DNA of 64,000 nucleotides. It comes from Marsupella aquatica (Eukaryota > Plantae > Marchantiophyta). The notes under the pieces were generated by a model that did not search any database, was not told the origin of the DNA, and saw only the letters and a program-made list of their open reading frames with translations. The stretch's first letter is position 1. Every line of letters starts with the position of its first letter. The position numbers and the translations under genes are program-made. This document shows, piece by piece, positions 11,833 to 24,824 of the stretch. The stretch lies in assembly GCA_973895155.1 (NCBI GenBank), contig OZ316891.1:29866331-29930330 (forward strand), read 5' to 3'.

Positions 11833-12867
11833 AGGGACTCGATTTATCCTTAACTGTCGTATTCCATAACGGATACTATGTTGTTTTGTCTTTAGTCAAC
11901 GGATATTACTTTAGTTTTTTATGTGGTTTTGGTTAGCGTCGGGCGCTGGTCAATAACTTATTTATAAAATTTTGTTTTCTCTGGTTAGTGCCATTGGATG
12001 GTTCCATAAGCTTTTATTATCGTCCCATTATTCTGCGTACTTAATCCTTTGTTAGCGCCTGGCGCTAGTTTCACACTCTGCCTGACAGACCCCTATGTTT
12101 CCGATAACATAATTCAGTCTACAACTGGCTTTGTGGTGGGTCCCGCCTGAGCATACTCCATCCCTCCATGGGTATTATGGTTAGCCTTTTTTTTAACCAC
12201 ACTAATGAAGTATATGAACTAAATGAAGCATTTAAAAGTGGACTGTTTAGAAATGTTGCTGTATATAAACAGCAGTGAATTGAATGACAACCCTTTTTTA
12301 TCTATAATCTGAGCAAGTGACAATGGATTGGAACCTCTCCGAGCAACTGTGAGCACACTTTTCCCTTATATCTGACGTCGTGTCTTATGCCAGTAGGAAT
12401 GTTTTTAGCTTAAGTATGTGGTTGTTCCTTACGTGAATTTTTGAAAAACTTTGCCAAATAGTACACCTTTACAATAACAATTTCCTGTTACTAGGAGATT
12501 ACCTGGTAACAGGAAAACTGTTTCCTGTCTCCACTGCTATACCCCCTAACCCCCTAAAGCGACGCTGTCATCTGCTGGAGATGTGTTTCGATCGAGAACT
12601 TCATCGAGCGTTCGATCTTTCTCTCGATCCCGTCCGAAAACTTGACACACCTTTTTAGTCGCAGCGAGCAATGTGCGATTCGAAGGGAACACATACAGTG
12701 GATGAGAATCACGATTCTTGAAAGCAGGGGAAGTACGTATGACTCACTCGTAAATTGAATCACCTTTGTTTGAACAGACCTCAACATTTTATCGTCTACC
12801 TGCACTAGATATAGCCTCGGAAATCTAGTACTGTTGCACTCATCGACACAATCGAACTCAATCGTGT

Positions 12868-12997
12868 GAGACTAGCCGTTTCTGTCGAAGCTCTTCTCCT
12901 AGATTTGCCTTGTTCAAATTCGCATTACTTGCCAAGCAAACGGAATCGTCCGAGACTGGCCGTTTCTGTCGAACCTCTCCTAGATTTGCCTTGTTCA
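12868..12997. repeat. Direct repeat, 2 x ~48 bp
   Basis: GAGACT(A/G)GCCGTTTCTGTCGAA..CTCCTAGATTTGCCTTGTTCA at ~12868 and ~12952. Confidence 0.8.
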
Positions 12998-13248
12998 CAG
13001 TAATATTATGATCGTAGGGTTGGTTAGAGACGGCTAGACGAAGCTTAGTTACTCAACGATTCGGGTATGGTGCTTCAACATGATTTTCAAGAGAGATGCA
13101 GAATCTCCAGCTCGCAAAGCTTACCTTACGGCTAGGAATCTCCATTCCGACAGTTGGTTAAGTTCATTAAGAAGAATCGAATTGGGTATATGCCAAAGAA
13201 GAGTTGACATATACCCAATTCTATAGAATAAATTGCTAAGACTCACTG

Positions 13249-16200
13249 TTATACAACGTGTGCTTTGTTTGCAGAGTCACAAACAATTGCTATTGGGGTA
13301 TGAATAATAGTCTTGACTAGGTCAGGCTGAGCTTGGCTGTACAATGTCTGAACATACTCAGCTGCTCGTTCAGCCTGGTCTGCAGCAGCAAAAGCCACAC
13401 AGCAGCCTCGAAAACCAGCTCCACTGAAACGAGCCCCGAGAACACCTGGGGCATCGAGAAGGATCTTCCGTAGCTGAACTAATGGGTCACAACCTGCAAG
13501 CACAAAGATCTAGTAGTAAAAAATGTCTGCCACTAAAAGCCTGTGCTATGCCTGAGATAGTCTACGACTCGCTAACGTTTGCAGTTCTTGAAATGTTGAG
13601 ACCAATCACTTTACATTTGGTGCTGTAGCATGCAGGACTGATCAATTGAATCCAAATTCAAATTGCAACCAGGGTTGGAGGATTTCATGGAAAACACAAA
13701 GCAAGCTTAAAGAAACGGCGTTTTATCGAAGTATAAACTAATGACTCACCACACTCGTAGTTCTCAATCGAACTCAGTCCAGACTCTGACATCAATTTGC
13801 CAAATTTGATTAGATCTCCCGACGACCAAGCATCTACTCCTGCACAGAAAAGAATTCATCTGGTAAATTTGTCTCGTCACTAGACTTTGGAAATGGCATC
13901 TTGATAGACTATAGGGTCAAAAATACTATGGCGGTGTTTCCAAACAATTAATGGATGCGATGTCCAAAGAAAACCATGTAATGGCAGTTGATCAAAAGAA
14001 CTCCCCTCGGCAGAACTTGGAATCATCTGATCACACGGTACAACAAAGTACCGATATTTTCGCAGTGGAAGACATACCTGCATGCACTCGGGAACTTTCA
14101 CTGAAGAAGTGTTCTGCTCTTCTAGCCAGGGTTCCTTCTAATACCCCCTGCATATAAGTGCAGATCTTTGCGTGGTCAACAAATCTATTAATTTAAGTTT
14201 GGATTTCCATATCTTGACAAACAGTTCAACGATCCTAGCACACTACATCTATAGAGCTACTTTCTGAGTTGAACGAAGAAAAGGATATGCAATGTTAGGT
14301 GAACTATTGTGGTGGGGGGCGGGGATAATCTTTGCAGTGAAACAGCCAATTCAGTCCAAGGTTTACTGGATGAGCAGCTTGACCATCACCTTATGCTCCA
14401 TATATTCCTCTGGGGTTACTGTAGAACAGCCATCAAAGAATACTCTCAGAAAACTACTTCAACATACAATGCGTTAACTGAGAGGAAAGGAGGGAAATAA
14501 AGCAAAACAAAACAATTTAATGAGCAGTGATAACACATCTATTTCAGTACAGGGGCATATAGGAACTTATACCATTGCACAGTAGGGGTTCACTTGAATC
14601 TCTGCCAACGGATCTGAGAGAGCAAGGAAATCTCAGTGATTTGCTAATCGGAAGATTGCCGTTAAAGGAGTAAACCTTTCATACTTTCTCGAGTCGGCAT
14701 CTTTGGGTGCATTCATTCGACCAATACATCGATTCCGCAGTTACTGCCAGAAAAAGAATACTCTAAAGTAGAGGCAAATCTATGTGTGATAGAGATCGCG
14801 CTTGTCAAAAATTTCAAAGCTTAGAAAACTCAAAGTCTCACAAGATCGGAAAAATTAAGTGAGCGTACAAGACAGGTCTCCGGAATATGACCTTCAAATC
14901 TGGCTACCAGAGTCTCTGTTCTTCTATCTGGCTACACATTTTTTTGGTTGCCATAGGTGAAGTTCAATTTACTGAGAACTGTGCATTATTCCTTTTACAA
15001 GTGATTCCTCTACAGGACACAATTTCATGGAGACAAGAACTTCTTGCCATTCTTTTCATTCCCAAGGAGCCCTTCACCTGAGAAGTTTTTTGGCTGCATT
15101 GCGGCACTCACTGACCCGCATGTTATACCCAGGACTTTGCGCTAGTGCATGCCGAAGACCAGAGAAAGCAAGAAGTATTTTGTAGTCTTTCCCTTCACCC
15201 TGCAAAGGATCATTCTTCTCGCACCTTGGTGGAACCACTATCTCATAAGTACGATCCTGCAGACGAGATGAGTTGGTTACTGTGTCTCAATACTTCAAAA
15301 AACATTTCGCACAATTACTGTGAAGAGGGGCACAACTGCAAGATCCATAAGTGTTGAAGAACATACTCGGCAGTGAATAAGACTAAGACAGTTCCGTTTT
15401 GAGAGCAGAATTGCTGACTGATCAAGCACTCCAATATGCAACCCCAAATAGTCATTCTCAATGAGTCTGCAATAAACCAAAGACAGAATTAAGAGCAAGA
15501 GCTTTTTGTCGTCCTAAAATTCATCGTAACAAGTTCCCGAGACCACCAGCCAAAAATTTCGGACCTACAGCTGAAAATGATATGCCACATAGTCGTCCGA
15601 TGAGTATACGGGGCACTGTTTAAGAAAGATTCAAAGTAACCAATACTTATTTCGTAAACATACAAGATTCTTATTTCATAGGGCTCTTGTCAAAAAGTAC
15701 TCAAACATGCATGCATCAGTTTACCTGTCAAGTTCTATATTTTCTTCTTCAGAAATATGAAGACCATTGACGTGCTCCAGGGCTAGCAAGAAAGCAACCC
15801 CAACCTGTCAAAAAGCACCTCAGCTAAAGATTCTCAAGTCTGAAATTCCTTAGGTCGATATGTCAAGATGAACAAGCTAAGTGTATCCTTGGAGAAGCTT
15901 CAATCAGATATCCTAAAAGTTCATTAACGTACTGCTGCAGACGAGCTCACACCTCCCCCGTCAAACCCTCTTGACCCCTCCAAGTATCCAAACATTCCCT
16001 GTCAAGATAAACAAGGCTTGGGTCAAGAAGGACTATCGTACCCCCAAGTACCTACATGATGGCCAACTGCCCGCCAAAACCACCAGGACAGAAGCTACTA
16101 TCCTCCTACCGAATTTGTGAGAAACAACTCCTGGTCAACGACAACTGTCAACCACTACATTCTCAAGCAGGAATGTGACAGCGCAATCTGCATATGAAAT

Positions 16201-17370
16201 TTATGGCTGGCTACCTTTGAAAGTTGATGTCCTTTCTTTTGGATTGCAGCAGCTGCACCTCTTGCGTAGTCTCCCCATCTACACGCTTCAGTGGCGCTAT
16301 TTTCATCAAATTCTGCCAAAGTCGGCAGTGAAGAGTTCAGTTCTCCTGGCGGAATTCTATCCACGCTGCAAAACCAGTCAGCATAGCCTCGTCAATTGGA
16401 CCGTCTCGACTATCAAAGAGAAACATTTGCGAGAAGGCATCCTACTAAAAGCAGGACATCTTAATTGCATCCAAGGCAGATTCTTCTGGTGAATTCTTGT
16501 TAAAATAGACGTCGTATTTGAGGAGACAAAGAAAGATAATTTCCAAAGACCTGAATTCCACCGTACCACCGTACTGGCCAGAGCGGAGCATCACCTGCAA
16601 ACAGATGCATGAGGCTTATGTTTTCTCATTTCATCAGAATTGAGTAAATGAGTTGCTTGAAGTGTTACAATATTTTCAGTTTGAACAACAAAGTACGCGC
16701 CAGAAGTATGGAAAATATTGAAGTGAATCGAATCAAAGGTTTACAATGTTAAGGAAGTTCTGACGATGCTCAAATGATTAGGTGTCGCATCTCGCTTACA
16801 TTGGAAGCAAGCTTTCTAATGAACTCCAAAGCTTCTCATTTAATTTATGAGACGAGCTTATGCCAAGACTACCGTAGCTTGCTAGCAGTACTTGCAACCA
16901 AACATTATTGACTACCAGTTTAAATTTATTAGATGATGATGCGACGCCAAGATCTTGCATACCTTCGGTCCAAGGGATGGAGCAAAAGCCAAAATTACTC
17001 CTCTATTGATGGCCATGGCCGTCACTGATCCGCCCTGCAGCATAATAGAATGACAAATTTCAAATGAGGACTATGCGCTATGACCTGTCTGTGTTCATCA
17101 TGCCATACGGGTGACATAGAGTTTGATTCTCTACCGTGCTTCCAAAAACCCATTATGTTGAAGTCATACTGTTCATTATTGATCTTGCACAACAAGCTGA
17201 CAAGGGATAATGATTTTGGAAGTACGACAGAAGTAGAAGAGGAAAACTACCTGATGGTCAATGTGGGCGCCAAGAGGACAAATTCGGTAAGGGGAAACCG
17301 CAATATGCACGGCATCAATCGTTCCCCCAGCCATGTCCGTCACTTCTCCCTTCACTCGTTCTATCTGCAG
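13249..17370 (-). CDS. GALAK: Galacturonokinase (GHMP kinase family), ~12 exons; first exon not located
   Basis: Spliced peptides SPYRICPLGAHIDHQ (~17250-17300), GGSVTAMAINRG, WGDYARGA, GVSSSAA, VGVAFLLALE, LIENDYLGL..GVLDQSAILLS, RRAEHFFSE, SGLSSIENYECG, CDPLVQL..GARFSGAGFRGCC match plant GalAK. Exon borders are GT-AG. Confidence 0.9.
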
Positions 17371-20300
17371 AAAACGCTCAGAACCACGTCAAACATTGCT
17401 CTCGGGCAGAATTGTACAGGCGGTAATCTCACTTAGGAATGCAGAAATTGAACAGCTGGAGTACTGGATGACCGCAAGAAATTCCAATCAGGATCGAGTC
17501 CGGATATCTAGCAAAAATGTCTAAGCAAATCACAGACAACGTGGCAATTTTTTCGCTCAATTAGAGCACAAACGTTCATGATTTTGCACACGCCAACTAC
17601 CGTCAACAATTAAAAATACATGAGACGAAATCCATTCGGAGATAATATCTAAACAAAAGGTGAACCGCCCAAACACTAAAAAAATAAAAGTCTTATGAAG
17701 TAGTGACATTCGAATTTTATAAATATTCCTGGGCTTCCTTCCTAACAATTGGGAAGAGTAGTGCCTTTGCAATATCTTTCTCTTGATTTTCAAGAACAAA
17801 CAGCCAGACCTAATGCCGTCGACAGGTAAAATATTAAAAGAAAATCTCAGTAGTGGCTGCTAAATTGTTAACAAATTTATACTGCAACCCGTTTGCCGCG
17901 GGCACCAAAATGTTAAGGCTACAGAGGGACATTCCTTGCACACAAGAAGACAACTGAACCGGAATTCCAATTTCGACAGAACAGGGAAACAGCTGGAATT
18001 TGCCTTACGACGGATGGGTCCGGCCAAGACGACGAGGAAGAAGAAAATTTCTGGGCCGCCATTGCTTCTGAAGAACGACCCAATACCGTTCACGAAGTGC
18101 AGTGCGTAAATTTCTTGCGCCTAAACTGAACTCGTTCTTCTCCTGCAACACAGCTGCCGTCATTCCCAACTAATTCCCAATAAGGAAACACTTCAAGCTC
18201 TGTACTCGCTCCGTTCTCCTTGATCCAGTGCTAGATCCACGCCTACTCATCAGTCCCACCACACCCTCCCAACCAAGCCACAAAGCATTGGACAGCTAAT
18301 CCATCCATCCATTGGCCCATCTATTCCCGGATCGCAGTAACATGACGCTGTCTCCATGTATGCTGGACATCTCTGCTCGGCCATTTGCTGTTGATATCCA
18401 GAATCTTTTCCTACGTACTAAACTCCTTGTGTTTTTTCTTCAGCTCAACTGTGCCTCTATGCCTTCACAGAAATTCCTCACCATTCAAAGCCCTGCCTTG
18501 ATTGATAATTGTCAAAACGCGCTCATGCATTTTCTATGCCTCTCAGCAATTCCCTCCCTGATCTGCCATAGGTTGATTGCCTGCCTGTTAAGACGGCACC
18601 AACCACATCTACGCAACAGGAGAATGTCTCTTAGCTTTCCTTCATTAGTGCATTGGGTTCTCCCGCTGCGACCAATTTAAGTCTCTGAGTTATGCCCATT
18701 GAATTCGCCAACATTTCATTCATGCCCATTGAAGTTTTTTGCGTTCACGAACATTTCATTGATGCCCATTGCATTGTGAAGAGAGATTCATTCATCTCAA
18801 GTAAATGGTAGTTCATTCTGAGTGGTATGCTTCACAATAGGGATTATCTCATTCATGCCCATTGAAGCAAAATAGTGTATATCTCACACTGCAAAAGAGC
18901 GAAAAGCTCCAGACAGGAGCCCAAAGGCAGGGGCCCAATAAAAAGGCGAGAAAACAAGGGAATTGCCACTGTTGACCAACGAGCCAAAGCACAATCAAGT
19001 GGAAAAAGTGGAGAGAAAAAAGCTCAAGTTTTCTGCCCAACAACCCCAAACAGAATGTATTCTCTTTGTTGTTCAAGAAAAAGAATGCTCTAAGAGCTGG
19101 CATGCATTGACGTGGAGGAACATGTGGTACTTATTGACCACTAGCTGAGCATTAGCTTGAAAAAAATTAGTTGGCCCTCTACAAGTTGCAGTAAATTTCA
19201 ACTCAACTTTACACAGAAACCCTTGAAAAGAAACCTAGCTTCAGCGCCATATCATGACCCATCCTTGGGTTGCAATCCGTACGTCTCTCTCTTTGGTTTC
19301 CCTTGTTTTCCTTTTTTTTTTTAAAAGGGTCTATACTGAGTTTTTCGAACCCACATTGCAAAATGAGAGCAAGGGAGACATGGTTTCCCAATGGCACTGC
19401 TCATCTCAGAAGTTGTAATGCTTTTGTAATTCTACAGAGTAAAGGACATTGTTTAGCCTTTTTTTGCTAATATGCCCAAACTCACCACACACCTGGCAGC
19501 CTTGTTGAATCTCAACTTAAGAAATAGATTATGGATCAAATATTCCATCTTATGTGGCTCTCTACTGCAAACTCAACATTTCATGCCTCTAAAACACAAA
19601 AACCTCATTTCATAAGAACTGAAATGTCAAGTTAGATTCGGTCAAGAGGACTCAGGAATATCTTATCCAAATCCACATCACTCAACAAAGACCAACTGCA
19701 ATATCATTTTGTTCAAAACCTGGGCAGGCCAGGACCAGCTTTTTTATTGGGGATATGCCAGGAAAAAGGCAATCCACTCTACCCTAGTAGGAAGTAACTG
19801 CCACCCTCCATATAGCAAGTGCTGGGGAATTTGGTGGAAATCACAGGTAACATGATGGCCCGAAAGACCCAAAGCAAATGTACATTCAGTTTGGCAGAAA
19901 CCAGGGCTGGGGAAAAGCATTTGCTAGGGGAGGGTTCAGGTTTTAGACTGCAGTGCACCAACCAAAATCATGGTAGAAGCAACTTGGCAATGGCTTCTAT
20001 TTACCCTAGGCTACGGGCGGCAATGCAATAAAGCCATATGGTGGCTCCTTAGGCAAATGGATTAGGCCGTCTGTTGGTTTTTGGTAAATAGAGCTCTCAA
20101 AATGCCACTTTAGGTATTGTAAGGGGAAGTGCAGTCCATTTTGGTGGCTATAACTTGACAACAGAACAAAAGTTGGCCAGGACTGGTACTACTGGATTTG
20201 TGGAGTCTTGACTCGTGCATTACCATGTTATACTAGCCTGTTATTTATGCTGCAAATCATAAATATGTTACCCTTTTGATTTGGAAATTTTGCTTCACCT

Positions 20301-21420
20301 CACAGTTTTCCTGTCACCTGGCCATTGGCCATCACCTAGTCATTTTCCCCTGTCAACCTAGGTTCTTGCATGGGACAATTTACTTCATCTGGTCATTTTT
20401 CCTGTCAACCTTTGTTTCTCTGGGACATTTCTCTTCACCTGGCCATTTCCCCCATCACCCTTTGTTTATCTAGGACATTTTATTTCACCCAGCCAAAGCA
20501 TTGCCATAAGCAAGGTCTTACTACTGTGACTTTTTGTCCTGACCAGTCATTTTTTGGTGGGCAAAAATTCACCTAAAAGTTATCTAAAAAAGGGGCTGGC
20601 TAATGATACTCAGGCTAAATTTTGGAAAAACTGGTAAGCATTTGTCACATCAGGATCAAGGGCTGACATCATTCACCAGCAAGCCCTAGACAAGATAAGG
20701 GCTGTTAGCCTGCTGCTCATTACCATGCAATGTACATAGTCACCAATTGCTGGGAATGAACTAGCGGTGTTTTCCCAAGAATGAGCTAGCGGAGCCAAGA
20801 AGTTTTCCCAAAAAGTTAATTTCAAAGTTTCTATTATAGAGAACAGTTGTTCAAGTTACCATTGGCCACCCGAGTGCACTGCTAAACTTTGGGATTTACC
20901 AGTGAACTTACTCTTAACCAGAGACTATTAGCTCAAGTTACCATTTGCCACCTGAGTGCAGTGCTAAACTTTGGGGTTAGCTTGGAACTTGCTCTTGACC
21001 AGAGACTCTTATTATCCAGCCCAAAACCTAATAGCCAACTTTCCTTTACTTCATAAGCCAATAGAGAGTTACCTTGGCTAATTTTTAAATACAGAAAAAA
21101 ATGGCTGGTCCCCACCATAAAATCATTTTATCTAAAAGTGGCTACTGTAGTCCCAACCACAAAATTGTTTTATGTACTTGGCCTACTTCATTGATGGCCC
21201 TGCTTTGATATGCCCCTATTGTCTCTTACTACTCTCTGTCCCCTCATGTCCCCTCACTTTGCTCGGGAATTTCCTCCTGCCTACATAATTATGAGGATCT
21301 ACTGAAATTTAACGCACTCTTAAGGCTGACGTTCATGAGAGTACCCTCTACCTCAGCAATGTCACTTTAAATTCTTTAGCCAGGGCTCAAATTAAGATGA
21401 TTGTGGGAACCTGTGCCATT

Positions 21421-21918
21421 CTCTGAACAGGGCTCACTCAGCTACAGTATGGCTAAATCTGATCTGAGAGTGAGACTCTGGGTATTCAGCAAGTAACAGA
21501 TCACCGCGGCAATGTCAGAGGGCAACCACAATTTTTGTCACAAGCCCAATTACTGACGACGGTGGGAACCTCCATAAAATTGTGTGTGTTGTGCTGCATC
21601 GTCTTTGTATTGGCAAAGGGTGAATTGTTCCAAGCTTTTGCGGGATTTCGAATCGGGGAAATTTTGCCTCTGAACAGTGCTCACTCAACTATAGTATGGC
21701 CAAATCTGAGCTGAGAGTGAGAATCTGTGATTCCAGTAAGTGACAGATCTTCGCGAGGCAATGTCAGAGGGCAACTACAATTTTTGATCAAGTGCCTATA
21801 CTCACCGCGGTGGGAACCTGCGTAGAATTGCGTTGTGTTGTGTTGCATCGTCTTGTGTTTGGCAAAGGGCGAGTTGGTCCAAGCTTTTCCAAATTTCGAA
21901 GCGGGGAAATTTTGCCTT
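21421..21918. repeat. Tandem duplication, 2 x ~247 bp
   Basis: CTCTGAACAG.GCTCACTCA.CTA.AGTATGGC..AATCTGA starts at 21421 and 21668; both units end GGGGAAATTTTGCCT. Confidence 0.85.
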
Positions 21919-22377
21919 CCGTAGGCTGAAGGAACGGGAAATTTGCACCGCCGGCACCGCTAGTGACTTGCCAGATCATATCCAAATCGGCCCGTCGTCA
22001 ACGAGCTCGACAAGATCCGATGGCGCAAGGGTGGCCCGGACCTTTTGCTGCGCAAGAGGACAGCAATCATCGACGATGGGTCTCCTGCGTCAGCCTGCTC
22101 CTCTACTCTGCTGGCACGCACCGAAGGACTGCCAGTTTGCCACTGGTGACGATGACGACGAAGGTGGGGGAGACGACAAACACGGAGAAAAGGAGAGGAA
22201 AGGTCTGAGAAACTCCCCATTAAAGGCTGCCGCTATGTCTAAGATTTCCCCTTCCTTTTCGTCTCTTCTGCTGGACCGACCTACTGAGTACCACCGACCG
22301 ACTTGCCGACCTTAACTTTGCGGCGGTACGTACGGCACTCCTCCCTTCATATCATTTCATTTCACTTCCATATGTTT

Positions 22378-22530
22378 TCATCTTGGAGGAGCTGAGTTGG
22401 AATTCTGTTCAACAGTCTCCTCCTTACGGAACGTTTTTCTGTTCCATTTACTTCATCTTGGAGGAGCTGAGTTGGAATTCCGTTCTACAGTCTCTCCCTC
22501 GCGGAACGTATTTCAGTTTCATTTACTTCC
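22378..22530. repeat. Tandem duplication, 2 x ~75 bp
   Basis: TTCATCTTGGAGGAGCTGAGTTGGAATTC..ACAGTCTC..CGGAACGT occurs twice. Confidence 0.8.
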
Positions 22531-24824
22531 ATTTACACTCTGGCCCTCTACTCTCGTCCGATTGGGAGACTCGGCCTGAAAAGACTCAAACTGGTGATGA
22601 GAAGCTTAATTTTCAGAATACCGGTGTACTGACAGCTACTGTAGGATCGTTTGTGATGTTCTGAATTTTACCAAATTAGATGGTATGCTTGTTGACTCCT
22701 TGGCTTGTTTGACTCCATCTCTCTTCTCATCACTCTCTTCTTCAAGTTCCTCGGATAACGGTTTCGAGAACAAAGTCCTTCGGTATCTGTACTTTAGACC
22801 TGAAATTAATTGTTCGCTCGACCGAAATCACTCGTTTTCAAGTTTCTGTACTTAATGTAAAATTATTTGTCCACAGACAGGAGCTTCCAAGAGAAAGAGA
22901 TGAAGCTTTAAGACTCAGCAAACCTCAGGGACCTGTTGCTTAGCTATTCTAAGTTCTTTCAATGATTTAGCAGATGTTTCAAAGACACGCGCACTTAGAA
23001 CCGGGTTGTTGCTAGTCCATGCACATCGAGGTGAAAGTAATGAGGGAAATTATTCAGCTTAATTGTTGAACTAATCAGCACAATCACTTAAAATCCAACC
23101 AATGCTTCCAATCATCCCACTTGATGAGCCCCTCATATTTAACAGGCAGGTATCAAGCAACCCAAGGCAAGGTGTCAACAAAACCGCTCTAGACCTCAGA
23201 AAGATTCATTATTGTTCTTTTCAATCTGCAACTTCTATTCTCCATCGTAAAGAGTCTGGCAAACTGAACTGGAAACGACAGGGTAACTGATCTTACTCTA
23301 TGAAATACAGTTGTAGTCACCAAAGTTGTCCCTGGAGATGTCAGAGAATGCATTTAGAATAGAACACGAGTTACTACGTCATCGAGTGGAAGGCAACCGT
23401 CTATCCATGCAAGTCTAAAGATGAAAACCCAAGTTATTCTTTAGATCTTTCCTCTAGGACTTTCCAAAGAGTGTCCCGGGTGGGTCCCGTAATTGTGCAC
23501 AAAGCTGTCAAAGATATCATTTCTCAAGGTTGCCATCTAACGCTAAAACAAAGAAAAATCTCAGGAAACTTGTGTCAAATTGTATTCAACAAATCCAAAT
23601 GTACCACTCAAAGGGTAAATCGTACAGAGGAGAATCTCAGAAAAGTTTTTGTTAAACTATGTCTACTCAAGAGACGTAGTAGTGTGTATGGGAAGTCTTG
23701 GACCCAGCACCCTCAAAATTTGTTTCTTACGAGAAAGAGAAGAGTACCGTACAGTGGTGCATGAGAACCATCAGTATATCACTCTACCTAAAACTGTTCT
23801 CCTTGATGTACAAGAACTCTACCAAAAGTCAAAAATGGGCTTTGGTCAGCCACGGCTCTCGTTGATGCCCCTTTGTGAGGTGTCTAACACGGCTCGTGGC
23901 TTCCTCAAGATCATTACAGCACAGCATGTTCAAGTGTGGTCAAACAGAAAATGCTTCAAGCCTGGCATGGCAATGACCTTCAACTCCACTCAAGGGACCA
24001 GAAGTTGGGGCCTTATTGACCCCAGACAGTCACGTCAACCACTACTCCGACTTCTCTCATGAGTGCTGGAAAGAATGATGTATAGATGTCCTACAAACGA
24101 AACTGTCACTGCCTCGAATTCGCCAATTGAATCGGGTAGCCAGTGAGGCAGTCACTTCTAACACAAAGCTCGAGCAATCCTTCCATCCACTTTGAAGGTG
24201 TGACATAGCTTTGAGGTTCCTTCACAATCCTGTCAGACATAGATGAGGCAGAGAAATGAGCAATCCACCTAGGGTACCGTGGTCCACTCTACCCACTACC
24301 CATTACTAAGAAAAGTTCCGTTTGATGTTTTCGATGGCAGCACTAGTGATGAAAATTTGGCTTCAGAAAGGGAAAACTAAGTCTCATGAAAACCCCAAAG
24401 TGAACACTAGCATGAAACAACTCTTTCAAGGAACCGTCACATAATAAATCCAAACCAACCACAAAACCAATCATTACCTTCCGGACAGAAGAAATTTGGC
24501 CACCTCGTCCATTTCGCAAAAGCCGATGAAGTCACCTTCCTCATAATGTATGGTTGAATGCTCCCAGCCACAAAGAGCATTTATAAAGCCGAAATTAGCG
24601 TGGATCACTATGTTACACAATGTTCTTCAGTGAAAGCCAATTCCATGAGACCTGAGAACAGTCAGGATCTCCTGGCTTGTGAAGCAATTCCGAACAGCTG
24701 TAAAGTTGCAGATCCCTGGCGAAGAACCATGTTCGGATCACGCGAAAAGAATGAAAGCCCTTAAAGATATCCTCCTCAACTTTAAAACGATCTGGGTTGC
24801 TGCACACCTTAGGTGACAGCCGAC

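Larger units (their letters stand above)
1207..12068. repeat. Dispersed palindromic motif AGCGC-N3-GCGCT, ~22 copies, inside the transposon
   Basis: Copies near 1207, 1365, 1487, 1559, 1728, 1915, 2741, 2844, 4797, 4831, 4874, 6281, 7433, 7494, 7641, 7701, 7768, 10075, 10139, 10244, 11934 and 12053; some are degenerate. Confidence 0.9.
987..12550. mobile_element. ~11.6-kb Mutator-like (MULE) DNA transposon with transposase and cargo genes
   Basis: Left end GGGGGTAT..GACAGGAA..CAG..CTGTTACCAGG (987-1042) is an imperfect inverted match to the right end CCTGGTAACAGGAAAACTGTTTCCTGTC..ATACCCCC (12502-12546). Direct repeat CCCCTAAAGC(G) flanks it at 977-986 and 12551-12560. It contains a DDE/SWIM transposase. 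Exact termini are uncertain by a few bp. Confidence 0.85.

Noticed and set aside
987-12550. Prophage or bacterial contamination, suggested by ParB plus MTase
   Set aside because: Both genes have spliceosomal introns and the block is bounded by TIRs and a TSD in plant DNA.
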